From NCBI RefSeq assembly GCF_001194135.2, contig NC_068995.1, forward strand, positions 5,721,693-5,785,692: 64,000 nucleotides of DNA, read 5' to 3'. Shown here in pieces: positions 23,800 through 36,139 of this stretch. The notes under the pieces are model-generated. The model was not told the origin of the DNA and did not search any database. It was given only the letters and a program-made list of their open reading frames with translations. Numbering within the stretch: the first letter of the stretch is position 1; each line of letters begins with the position of its first letter. The position numbers and the translations under genes were made by a program. The DNA comes from Octopus bimaculoides (Eukaryota).

Positions 23800-24430
23800 T
23801 TAATTGATTACTTCGACCCCCGGGTTCCTGTGATGCATGTTTTTTTGCTTGGAATGATGAAAGGCAATGAATGACGACTTCTGGAATTTGAAATCAGATA
23901 GTAAGAATCTGGGAAAAATGATGTGAAGCATTTTGTCAGGCGTGTTAACGATTTTGCCAGCCCGTCGCCTTGGCAATTATCAGAATACTTTCTGTTATAG
24001 GCACAGAGTCTGAAATTTTGAATGAGGGTGATAATCAACTAGATCGGCTCCAATGCTCAACTGGTACTTATTTTATCAACCCCGAAATGATGAAAAGCAA
24101 AGTCGACCTCGGCAGCACTTGAACAGAGAATTTAATTACCGACGAAATGCCGCGAACCATTTTCTCCTGCGTGATAACGATTCTGCCGTTCTCGGCGCCT
24201 TGGCAAGAATTACAAAGCACAGGGCTACCCATTTTTGAGGGGAGGAAGTAGTTGGTTACAGCGCCCCACTCCCCAATACTTGACTCGTTCTTCTTTTATC
24301 GAACCCGAAATCATGAAAGGCATGGTCAACCTCGGCGAAAATTGGACACAAAAGATAAGGACAGATAAATTAAATTGACGTTAAGTATTTTATCCGGCAT
24401 GTTAACAATTCTCCCAGCTCGTCGCCTTAA
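23800..24430 (-). mobile_element. Three tandem, same-orientation SINE-B copies
   Basis: Heads end at about 23970 (gccagcccgtcgcctt), 24201 (tctcggcgcctt) and 24428 (ccagctcgtcgcctt). Each has the gaaaggca/aaagtcgacctcggc body. Confidence 0.8.
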
Positions 24431-25121
24431 TAATAGTAATAATATCAGCAACAATAATGAAACTTTTTATGGTAGTATACAATTGGCTTCATGAATATAT
24501 AACAGAAGTATTTATTGGTGGTAGAGATAGAAAAGTCAGGAATGCAAGACTATCTAACTTCAGCTAGATTTGAACTCAAAATGTCAAGATGTGAATCTAA
24601 ATAAACAATGTACTTCTTACAATAGCTTTGATTGCACCCAATAAAAGCAAAGCGCAGTTAGTATTTAGAAGAGAGCATGTGATCGAAACCATATTTGACC
24701 AGGTAGTGTAGGAGAAAGGAAGTATTACTTCAGGTATAGTGTAGAAAGATGTCGTACTGTGCAACTAATATAAAATGGTCTTGTAATATTTTAAAGACAT
24801 GGTAGTTAAAGACAAGAATCGATTACAACGACCTCCTCGTGACATTAAATGAAAGTTCAGTACATAACTTCACATCTGAGTAACAGAGTACTCAGTACTT
24901 AAATTTCATTCTCCCAAGTAAATTCTTTGAGCTTACATCATCTTATGAGCCATTAACGTTTATATGAAATCAATTTATAACCACGTTTATGCCAAACGTT
25001 ATTATTGTCTCTTTAGATGCACAACTTCGCTTATGTTCGATTGCTTCTATGGAAAAGCGTACTTAATTCTAGTTAACTACAAATCCATCCTAACGTTTTC
25101 TTTTTCTATAGTAGTAGTAGC

Positions 25122-25168
<47 letters not shown>

Positions 25169-25184
25169 TAATAGTAATAATAAT

Positions 25185-25398
25185 CCTTTCTATTATAAGA
25201 ACGAGGTTTGAAATTTTTTGGGGAAGGGAAATAGTCAATTACATCAACCCCAGTGTTTAACTGGTACTTAGTTTATCGACCCCGAAAACATGAAAGGTAA
25301 AGTCGATCCCGGCGGAATTTAAACTCAGAACGAAGCAGCAGACGAAATGCCGCTAAGCATTTCGTCTGATGTGCTAACGTTTCTGCCATCTCGCCTCC
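25185..25398 (-). mobile_element. SINE-B flanked by (AAT)n
   Basis: Well-preserved body. Left flank is a long (AAT)n tract; right flank is aataataatc. Confidence 0.9.
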
Positions 25399-25419
25399 AT
25401 AATAATAATCGTAATAATC

Positions 25420-25639
25420 TTTCAGTTGTTTCAGTCATTTGACTGCGGCCATGCTGGAGCACTGCCTTTAGTCGAGAACAAATCGACCCCAGGACTTATT
25501 CTTTGTAAGCCTAGTACTTATTCAATCGGTCTGTTTTGCAGAACCGCTATTTTACGGGGACGTGAACACACCAGCATCGGTTGTCAAGCGATGTTGAGGG
25601 ACAAACACAGACACACAAACATATACACACACACACATA

Positions 25640-25690
<51 letters not shown>
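25420..25690 (-). mobile_element. SINE-A 3' half, up to its internal microsatellite and a gap
   Basis: tgtttcagtcatttgactgcggccatgctggagcactgcc...ttgtcaagcgatgttgagggacaaacac. Confidence 0.92.
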
Positions 25691-25791
25691 NNNNNNNNNN
25701 NNNNNNNNNNNNNNNNNNNNNNNNNNNNNNNNNNNNNNNNNNNNNNNNNNNNNNNNNNNNNNNNNNNNNNNNNNNNNNNNNNNNNNNNNNN

Positions 25792-25827
<36 letters not shown>

Positions 25828-25830
25828 TAG

Positions 25831-26090
25831 GACCGGCAGGGGGTGGTGGCAAAACTTGCAGTACCCTTTCACCACAACTTTCTCTCACTCTTTCTTCTTG
25901 TTTTTGAAGTACCTGTATTTCAAAGGCCCAGCTTGGTCGTACATTGTGTCACGCTGAATGTCCTACAGAACTACGTTAATGGTACACGTGTCTTTAGAGT
26001 GTTCAGCCACTTGAGCGATAATTTCACGAGCAGACTGTTCCGTTCATCGGATAAACTGGAACCCTCGTCGTCGTAACCGACGGAGTTCCA
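25831..26090 (+). mobile_element. SINE-D, 5'-truncated
   Basis: Aligns along its length with 60030-60290. Confidence 0.85.
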
Positions 26091-26134
26091 CATATATATA
26101 TGAAGAAAGTATGAATATTCATTATGGTATAGCA

Positions 26135-26445
26135 ATGTTGTTGTTTGTTCCTTCTCGAGCCATGCCTGGCGCATAATGGCTGATTTCCCGGTTTCATTGG
26201 CGCATTAATTCCCCACCTGGACGGGACGCCGGTCCGTCCCAGGTGAGCTGCTACATGCAGGAGGAAAGAGTGAGAGAAAGGTGTGGCGAAAGTGTCAGCA
26301 GAAATTCGCCATTGCCTTCTGCCGGAGCCGCGTGGACCTTAAGTGTTTCGCTCATAAACACACACATGCCGCCCGGTCTGAGATTCGAACCACGATCCCT
26401 CGACCGCGAATCCTCTGCTCTAATCACTAGGCCATGTGCCTCCAC
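26135..26445 (-). mobile_element. SINE-C, full length with a 7-bp TSD
   Basis: Head gtggaggcacatggcctagtgattagagc (A box), GGTTCGAATC B box at 26382-26391, (CAA)n-like tail. TSD tatagca at 26128-26134 and 26446-26452. The segment gcgtcccgtccaggtggg...gaaaccggg recalls V-/Meta-SINE domains (from memory). Confidence 0.9.
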
Positions 26446-27539
26446 TATAGCAGAGTAGCCTTGTTGAATTTCAAGGCAGAATATCTAGATATAACTTTGA
26501 ATAGGCAAATAATTGTTCAATACTAAGATACTCCAGGACTATATATACTATAGTATTTATGCCAGATGCGAATCCAAAATTTTTGAGATTTGAAATCAGA
26601 AACTCTAGGTGTGAATCTAAATATATAAGTAAATATTCAAATGCTTAAAATCTCAACGGCATTTATAATACATCATACAAACAGAATACAATTTGTATTT
26701 AGCAGGAAATTTATAAACCATGTAATACGGAGATCGGAAAACTAATTTGATATTAGCGTAATTTTAGGATCTTGAGAGATAATAACATTTTGACAATGAT
26801 TGTACGTACACACGCACATATATATATATACGTAAATATATGTATGTGTACGTGTGTGCATATATATGCCTGTATGTATAAATCTATACAATATATATAT
26901 ACGCATATACGCATGTACGTATACATATATATGCACAGCGTTTAAATGCATACGCGCGCGCGAGAGAGCGGCTGTTAATGCTAGCAAACTAAATTGAGAA
27001 TTGAGTAATAGAACACCAGCACTAGAAACATTAGTAGCTGTATGCTACAATAAAATTTATTTCTCAGCAAGTATATTTTAATACTGAGTATCTCCAACTA
27101 GTTTTTCGAACACCTCAATTTTCTTCTAATCACACAATCAGATCTCAAGTAATCGTTTCGTGTCTTTTACAAATAAGTACGTGTTATTAACACTTTTACT
27201 ATATGAAGGCTATTAGTTAGGAACGACGTTATGGTATCTATCCAATCTGTATATCATCTACAAACATAAGGCTGTATATACATATACATAAGTAAAGCCA
27301 AGACTGATATGGCGGAACGTTGCTTACACAATGAAGTCTTCTAAATAACAATTTTACTATTCAGGCTTTGCTTTCATTAAATCTAATAAGTATGGTTATC
27401 GGTTTTTCCAGTGTTGCGTAATTGCACGTCTGACTAATGATAAAATCCCAGCTCCACACACAAACACACAAACACACTCACACGCGTGTGTTTCTGTAAC
27501 ATGTGTGTTTGTGAGTACATATAAATATATGTATGAATG

Positions 27540-27584
<45 letters not shown>

Positions 27585-27931
27585 GAATACACACATACAG
27601 ACATATGCTAACTTGGACATGATTATAGCTTAGCATAAAAAAAAATGCAATAGTAATAAAAAAAAAATACGATATGGCAACCGACAAGATGGTAAAAAGA
27701 AGTATATTAATGTGCTAAAATTCATATTTTATTGCTGTGTATCAATTTAACAGTCTGTAGTGATGTAAAGAGATCTGGTATGGGTGATAGTGTTTTTGTT
27801 GGTGGCGGTTGTATATGGGTTGGTATCTGTGGTGAGATAGTGCAATTTGAAACAGGCGGATACTCTAAATGTCTATGGAATGGAATTCTTCGATATCCAT
27901 TTTATCTCTGTTCCAAAGTAAATGTTGCTTA

Positions 27932-27977
<46 letters not shown>

Positions 27978-27989
27978 ACCTGTTTCTGT

Positions 27990-28215
27990 TATTAGATTGC
28001 GGCCTTGCTGGAGCACCGCCTTGAAGAATTTATTTTTGTTGAATGAATCGACCCCAGTACTTCTTTCTTGTTAAGCTTAGTACTTATTCTTTCGGTTTCT
28101 TTTGCCGAACCGCTAAGTTACGGGGGATATAAACACACCAATACCGGTTGTCAAGCGGTGGTCGAAGACAGAGACTCAAACGCACACAAATATATATTTA
28201 GTTTCCGTCTACCAA
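27990..28215 (-). mobile_element. SINE-A, partial
   Basis: gattgcggccttgctggagcaccgcc...tttgccgaaccgctaagttacgggg...tttccgtctaccaaa. Confidence 0.88.
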
Positions 28216-28510
28216 AGCTGGAGACACTTTAATTCGTTCTAGTTTACTAACCACTAGGATAAACATATCGCTCTGCAAATTTACACACACACACACACAC
28301 ACACACCTACAGCAGGTTGTCTACCGATTTTACAGCTTCAATGCCTCTTAAATGTTCATATGTCTACCCCTTCTAGATGGTTAAGATGGATGCTTGCGAT
28401 GTTACTAACCCCCGGATCACTGATGCCAAATTTAAAGGCATTTTGTTGCCTTCAGGTTGGGGAATTAAGAGGGGAATGATTTAAAAGAGAATTGAGAGTA
28501 ATAAAGAAAT

Positions 28511-28730
28511 TTTCGAGGAAATGTTTCAAAAGTTTCTATGAAGATATTTGGGGAAACCACGAAACCGAAAATCGATTCTGAAAAACGTAGATGGTCTTTT
28601 TATGTTATACAAAGCAATGTCGTTCGATGTCATTAAACGGTTATTTATGAACCCTGGGGCTATTTTGTTCCGGACAAACAGCGTGCGGTAACAGTCAATG
28701 TTGTCAGAAGGATATTTCTGCCAAAGAGCT
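28511..28730 (+). mobile_element. Highly decayed Tc1/mariner catalytic-domain relic
   Basis: GNVSKVSMKIFGETTKPKIDSEK and GYFVPDKQRAVTVN resemble GYVNKQNCRIWG..NP and GPYFFE...VTVNGERY. Confidence 0.35.
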
Positions 28731-29759
28731 TATTGACTCCTGCATTCTTTACGAGCGATATGCTTGAAACAAAGTACAAAGGATCAAGTCAAGGTAATTT
28801 CTAAACAACAATTAAGTTTCTTTGTGGTTATTTATTAAATGTGGAACTGTGGGTAGTTAAAAACTTAAATTGTATGCCATTAAAGGAAGCTGATTTTAGA
28901 GAGAAATATTACCAATTTCTTTGAATTCCACACGCAAACTCCCCACCAACAAACTATCAGATATCTTTAATCTTGATCCTATTCAGCTCCAATTTTTGGA
29001 TCTCTGTGTTATTTATTTACAGACACTGAAATATATACGTTGTTGCTTATGTGGTAAATGTTGATTTTTAGGCTTTTTCCAGATTTGATCAAGCAGATTT
29101 CTGATTAGCATTCCAGCCATGACCATCCACACTTGTTAGACAGTACCGAATGTGCCCTGTTTTAAAATAGTAAGCTCTCATTTGAAATAGATTTCCAACT
29201 ATTTTTGGCAATCCTTATGTTCAGGAACATGATTCCTGTAATGGTGATTGGTAATGGTCGTCGCTGATCCAGCAGACGGATGATCAAAGTCGTTCCATTT
29301 GTGACAATTCCATCTGTTTTTGTAGTAGTGGTGATATTCACATGGGTAGCTTTGTTTGTATCGACAAGCATATGACGGCTAGTAGTGTTGTTTAACCCTC
29401 GGTTACTACTGCACCTACCGATGGATGATTAAAGTCATATAGCAATGTTGACCCAGCCTCATGACTAATCAAACAGACCCAAGATGAAAGGACGTCCAGC
29501 GTTTTATGAGAAATTACATTATCCGATGTTTTTTTTTGTTTCTTTTTGAAGACTGGCACGTTATCTGATCTATAGCTTCTATTTCTAGCAGATCGACGCC
29601 GTGTAGATGTTTAGTCGCCGAATCGCTGTTGTTTTGTCGTCAATAAAAGTTATGATAAGGTGGATAGTAAAAGATTTGTTGGTATTCGAGTATTCGTGAT
29701 AGTTAGAGAAGAGGCGAAGGAATGTATCCATTATTTCAGCAATAATAATTTTCACAATC

Positions 29760-30095
29760 ATAAAATGACCATCATCGCCATCACCATCGTCGTCCTCACC
29801 ATTTTCACCATCATTAACATTTCCATTATCAGTTGTATCTACATTATCGTCATTATTGTCGTAACGACGACGACGGCCATGACTGCCATCGATACGATCA
29901 TCCTCGTCGTCCGCATCACCTCCACAACGATAGTCTTTGTCGCCACCACAACCATCAGCATTGCCTTCATCACCAGCACCATCGTCACCATAACATCACC
30001 ACCACAACCACCACCATCATCGTTTTCACCACCACCACCACCACCACCACCACCACGTTCTCCAGTATTATCGCTGTTATTGTTGTTGTTATCAA
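29760..30095. repeat. Mixed trinucleotide low-complexity tract ((ATC)/(GTC)/(ACC)n); a similar tract lies at 49625-49770
   Basis: Direct read; explains the poly-T/H/V/P ORFs. Confidence 0.9.
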
Positions 30096-32171
30096 TTTGC
30101 TTTTAGTAGAATGAGGAACCGATGACGTCATTGCTTCTCTCCATATAGATGTCAGAGGATGATTTATGGCAACATGGAGCTCAGCCATCGGCCATTTTAA
30201 CACTGCGTGTGTGTATGTGGTTAAATGTAGATGTGCGTGCAGACGTGTCCGCCTATGCTTGTTCGTCCTTCTATGTCTGCATGTAAGTAATGCAAACGCT
30301 GCGTCTGTGTGTATGTATGTGATTGGACGTGTTTGCAAGTGCGTGTACTATGCCTATGTGTCCCTTGTACGTGAACTACGTGTTTATGTTCTTGTGTGAG
30401 ACCATGTGTGTGGACATGTAACATTATGTGCACGAGTGTGCACTCACTACTTGCTAGTGTGCCTATGTGTATATATAAGCGTGTATGTGTCAGCCATTTC
30501 AAATGCTAAACATTTTCTATCATTTCTGTTTTACTGATTTGCTTTTCTTCTCTTCATTCATGGAAGAAACAATGGAAACATGATATAGGTGCAAAGGAAA
30601 GAAGTTCACTAAAGCATCAATTGTGATGACTTTCTCATACACGTAGATCCACACGTGATTCTCTACACNNNNNNNNNNNNNNNNNNNNNNNNNNNNNNNN
30701 NNNNNNNNNNNNNNNNNNNNNNNNNNNNNNNNNNNNNNNNNNNNNNNNNNNNNNNNNNNNNNNNNNNNNNNNNNNNNNNNNNNNNNNNNNNNNNNNNNNN
30801 NNNNNNNNNNNNNNNNNNNNNNNNNNNNNNNNNNNNNNNNNNNNNNNNNNNNNNNNNNNNNNNNNNNNNNNNNNNNNNNNNNNNNNNNNNNNNNNNNNNN
30901 NNNNNNNNNNNNNNNNNNNNNNNNNNNNNNNNNNNNNNNNNNNNNNNNNNNNNNNNNNNNNNNNNNNNNNNNNNNNNNNNNNNNNNNNNNNNNNNNNNNN
31001 NNNNNNNNNNNNNNNNNNNNTAGAGCTCGAGCAAACAAAACAATACAGAGTGGACATGTCATTTAAAATGATTGACGGAGACGGAATAAATACAGGCTTT
31101 TAGCTAACCAGACGATAATGAAGAGTAACGCCTGGAAAAAATCCTGATTGGATATAGAAAAATAAATAGCACGAGAGGAGAAAGATATTGACAAGCAGAC
31201 TATGCGTTCGGTGGTTACATTATATATATATATATATATATATAAGCGTGTCCTACTTGTTAAAACTCCATTTATTTATTTGTGCAGCTGACCATGGCAC
31301 TGCAATTAAATTGGTTGATGCAATGAGTGCATTATTCAATTAAATGGAGCTGCTTGAAACGGTCGCAATGCTTTATTACTTGATATCCTGTTGCTTATTT
31401 TGATTATATATATAAAATTAATAAACCTCAAAGCTACATATGAAGTTAATTTATGAAATAGATAAATATTGTGATTTCTTTTTTAAAAAACCGAAGGTGA
31501 TGAAACTGGAGATGTTAGCGATGGCAATCATGTTAAACTGATGTCCGTAATGATTATCAATGCTGTGATGATGATTATGATGGTCCTGTTATGATGGTGA
31601 TAATATAAAGAGAATGCAACTAGAGGAAATCCGAGAAAAATAAAAGCAGTTTGAAAGAGTGTTGTGTATATTTCAAATACAAATGAACTGTGAATGTAGG
31701 TTATTCTTATTTTTACTGTTTTTATTATTATCATCACGCTGCAACAGAATATTACATTGTTTATAAAAGCCAATAACCGAATTCTTCCACTTATTTATGA
31801 TAACTTCCTCTAGCATGCAGTGTTTAAGGAAGGAAATTCGATGCCTGCAAGGGGTTAATGGTCGTTGCAAGTCGCGCCTTGTCTTGTAGGTTTTTCACTA
31901 TCGTAGAGTTTAGCAAGATAACGTTTGTAGGTCGGGGTTCTATCGGTTTTTTTTTTCTTTTGACAACAATAATACAGCTGCTATTGTTGATGATGTAATT
32001 ATGATGCTTTGCGAGAATTACTGTAACAAAATAGCCGAGAGAAATAAAATTGTGTAGAGTTTATATGCATTTTATATGTAAAGTGACAGGAGGTTTATAC
32101 AATGTCGCTATTATTGAATGCAGAATAACAATACTTAAATAAATAATAAATAAATAAATAAATCTACGTAC

Positions 32172-32329
32172 AGACAGAGGCGTAGCAAGAAACTTGCTTA
32201 CTTTCCAACAACATGGCTCCGGGTTCAACCTCACTGCGTGACATATTAGGCAGGTGTTTTCTACTGTAGGTTCGGGTCGACCTAAGCTTTTCTGACTGAA
32301 TTTGGTAGATGAAAACTGAACGAAGCTCG

Positions 32330-32400
<71 letters not shown>
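32172..32400 (+). mobile_element. SINE-A 5' half ending in (TA)n(TG)n
   Basis: ccaacaacatggctccgggttcaacctcactgcgtg...tttggtagatgaaaactgaacgaagctcgtc. Confidence 0.85.
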
Positions 32401-32401
<1 letters not shown>

Positions 32402-32404
<3 letters not shown>

Positions 32405-32702
32405 TGCATGGCTCTGGTTAGAGTGTCGGGCTCACAATCATTATGTAGTAAGTTCGATTCCCAGAATGGGCTGTGTATCGTGTTCTTGAGCAAGGCACTT
32501 TATTTTACGTTGCTCCATCTCACTCTGCTGCAGAAATGATTTGCGTGGTTACTAGTTCCAAGCCTTTCCCTTGGATACCATCAGTGGCGTGGAGAGAGGG
32601 TGGCTGGTATGCATTGGTAACTGCTGTCTTCGATAAACAACCGTGCCTCAAAGGGGTAACTTTCTAGGTGAAATCTCATAGTCATTCATGACCGAAGGGG
32701 GT
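32402..32702 (+). mobile_element. SINE-E (CORE-type), full length
   Basis: tRNA-like head (ggttagagtgtcgggctcac...aagttcgattccc), CORE-like ttcttgagcaaggcactttattttacgttgctcca, tail gtcattcatgaccgaaggggg. Homologous to 37108-37417. Confidence 0.88.
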
Positions 32703-33514
32703 TCTATATATATCACGATATTTCACTTTGATAACGACTAAAGAGCTAGAAGCGGTGCGTCTGAGAATCTGATAGAGAGCAACTCTGGATAGATATGGTG
32801 TTTTTACATCCTTTACCATAAGAGAATTACATAGGCGCGCGTGTATGTGTGTGCGAGTGATAATCTCACATGGAACTTTACATTTGATTACCTAATTACA
32901 CGAAATTAACGCTTCCGGTTCTTTGATTAGCAATGAAGAGGCACCCTTTATAATCATAAATAACTCACTCTCCTCTTTCAGCTATTGCATATCGTTTTAC
33001 ATTTCGTATTTATTCGTGCGTGCTTAAACGTACAGATACACGTATATACTCATGTATGGATGTGCGTGCGTGTCGAGAGAGTGTGAAGGAGACTGCATCA
33101 CACAGCTTAAGGTTCTTGTCAGCCAGGGACCGTACCGTATTTTCAATGAGTGTCAACGGTAATCTCTAAGTATGTTTCTTTTTACATGTATGGAACTTGG
33201 TACAGCATATATTTTCTCAGAGTTACCTGGGGATTCTGCAATAAAGAGATTAAGATCCAACTTACTGTTGCGAGATTTCATTAACATTATCCAAGAGAGA
33301 TTTTCTGTGGAAAGATTCTCTGTATATTAGATTTATCCAGCAACTATATCTGGAGGTTCTGGAAGGTACTTGGACCATATATCTTGTGCAATAGTTCTCA
33401 GACTGAAATAGATAATAATATTCCCTTCTTAAAAATCATAACTTCAAAAACTGAGGGCGCAGTTTCAAATAGAGGAGGAACAAATTCATTGTTTCATAAT
33501 TTCTATATACTGGT

Positions 33515-33662
33515 TTAAAATTTTGGCTCCAGACCAGTAATTTCAGCCAAGTTTGGTAATACGATTACATAGGCTCGAATACTCAGCCCGAAAGAATAAA
33601 AGCGGTAAGAAATGCCGCTAAGCATTTCATCCGTTGTGCTAAAGATACCGCCAGCTTGCCGT
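33515..33662 (-). mobile_element. SINE-B, internally deleted
   Basis: gaaatgccgctaagcatttcatccgttgtgctaaagataccgccagcttgcc. Confidence 0.75.
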
Positions 33663-34194
33663 ATATAATTTCTGTCTGTCGATATCAAATCATGTTTAAA
33701 GTGTTGTACACGTCTCTGTAATAGAACTGGTCTACAATTATATTTCACACAATTATAATTGGTAGAATACCTCTTGGAAAACTGTCTTATTAAAGTTTTT
33801 CATTTGAAGTATTAAAACTTCGAAAAGATAGTACGCAGTTTCAAATATCATGGATGACATACTTTCTCGCATTCGCTTTCTTTTTTGTTTTTGCTTCTAA
33901 TTCTAAAACATTCAATGACATACTCTGTGAATCGAACTATTAAAATTTGATAAAATTTGAAACATATTCAGTCATTGTAAAAATTAACAGTTGGATTTAT
34001 AGACATTATGAACAGAATATTTTATCAATAAACACACAAATTTAAATATGAAAAAAGTAAAACGAAAATTAATTCCTATGTCCAACAGCATTTGAAACTG
34101 TTTACTAACTTTACGAATATATCACATTTAGAGTGGCGAATTTTAAATACATCACTACCGAACAGCAATTTTCAGTCCAATGTTTACATGTTAT

Positions 34195-34335
34195 ATAAGG
34201 TGGCGAGTTCATATTTCGTTGAGGTCGACTTTGCTTTTCATCAGTTTCAGGGTGATAACATAAGTAAATATTGGGGTTGATGTACTCAAGTCATACCCCG
34301 AAATTGCTGGCCTTGTGCCAAAATTTGAAACAAAT
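34195..34335 (+). mobile_element. SINE-B, internally deleted
   Basis: aaggtggcgag...gaggtcgactttgcttttcatc...gctggccttgtgccaaaatttgaaac. Confidence 0.78.
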
Positions 34336-34383
34336 ACTTACGTGCTTTCAGTTATTGTATTATGTGCTTCGAAACCCACAGTT

Positions 34384-34425
<42 letters not shown>

Positions 34426-35169
34426 GTGAAGTATAAGGAAAGGAAAATTGTAGGTGTCGACTACATATTCCGAAAATCTAAGTGGACATAGAACACTAAA
34501 TATTTTATCCAGAAACAAAACGCTTACACTATATAGAACACATTAATCTAGCGTCAACCAACTGACTTTACTTAAAATATGATGTCTTGTGGTGATTTAA
34601 ATTACAATAATATTTTATTGCCATTTTATGGCACTCAGAACTATAAAATAAAATTGTGACAGCACTGGGATACGAACTTATAAGATACGTAATTAAGCAC
34701 CACCACCACGCAGCTGTTCAGGAAAGCTACCTATTCTACCGTTAAATAGACCTCATATTACAAATAATGATATAAATTGATCTAACATATCGGTTTGTAA
34801 GAAGATAATGCTTACGATAATGTCGTATTTATAAGGTGAACCATGGACACAATTTCTGTAGAAGGCAATTATAACAAACGGAAAATAATCTTCACCAAAG
34901 AGAGTGATTGACAATAGAAAATTGTAAAAACAAAACAGTAATGAATGTTGGCACAGACTGCAATAGATAAGCATTCAACATTATTTCCTTTATGGATGTT
35001 AGTTGTACCAGTGAGATACTCTGCGTTGCCATATATAACTGCGAGCTGGTGTACGTCTCCTTTAAGTGGAGATTTTGTGGTCTGTTCTATCATGGCCGCC
35101 TGCCGAACGATGCACCTTTACTAATACCCACAGGCGCTGAAGGTACATTTCGAGAGTTCACATAATATT

Positions 35170-35586
35170 CTTTACTACTCAAGGCACAAGGCTCGGAATT
35201 TGTGGGGAGGGGCCAGTCGATTAGATCGACCCCAGTACGCAATTGGTACTTAATTTATCGACCTTCGAAAGTATGAAAAATCGACCTTGGCGGAATTTGA
35301 ACTCAGAACGTAAAGACAGACGAAATACCGCTAAGCATTTCGCTCGACGTGCTAACGTTTCTTATTTATTTATTGCCTACAAGGGGCTAAACATAGAGGG
35401 GACAAACAAGGACAAGACAAATTGATTAAGTCGATTACATAGACCCCAGTTCGTAGCTGCTACTTAATTTATCGATCCCGAAAGGATGAAAGGCAAAGTC
35501 GACCTCGGTGGAATCTGAACTCAGAACGAAAACAGACGAAATACTATTAAGCATTTCACCCGGCGTGCTAACGTTTCTGACTTAGC
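35170..35586 (-). mobile_element. Head-to-tail SINE-B dimer inside one 14-bp TSD
   Basis: gttcacataatatt at 35156-35169 and 35587-35600. The two monomers carry different 3' tails. Confidence 0.92.
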
Positions 35587-36102
35587 GTTCACATAATATT
35601 AGCCATAAATGGCTTTTGTGAGAACAGACCAATAGGAGCAACACAATAAGCTAATAAATGATTCAATTTTTTATCCTGTATATAAATATAAATAAATACA
35701 AATGTATGTGTGTTTGTTTTGAGTGGGAGAGTGACTAACGTAAAATTGTGAAAGAAAAAAAGAGGTCTCGGCGTTTAAAAGTCAATGCTTTAATAAACTC
35801 CCATCATTCAATTTACGAGACACACAGAACACCTGTGTGTGTGTGTGTGTTATACTCATTATAGTTTTATTGCTTCTGTTGTTATTGTTGTGGATGATGT
35901 ATCGTTCTGTTGTTTGGTTTTTCAATTATTCAAATAGTCTCAAATTTCAAACACTTCATTTCCAGCTTCACAAATTCTTCTTTGTATATTTATTGAGGTA
36001 GGAGCAACTTTCTAAAAAAGAAAAATAACACACACACACAAACATTTCCCCCGAGAATACCTTTTCTTTCGGAATTAATTACACAGTATTAGACACCCAG
36101 TA

Positions 36103-36137
<35 letters not shown>

Positions 36138-36139
36138 GT

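Noticed and set aside
26370-26445. tRNA-like sequence with A and B boxes (also the heads of SINE-A, SINE-B and SINE-E, and 10605-10640)
   Set aside because: No complete cloverleaf or acceptor stem; each continues into a SINE body or is a decayed head.
29660-30114. 148-aa hydrophobic, Pro-rich ORF and the overlapping His/Thr-rich ORF
   Set aside because: These are translations of mixed trinucleotide repeats; all frames are low complexity. The same applies to 49473-49858.
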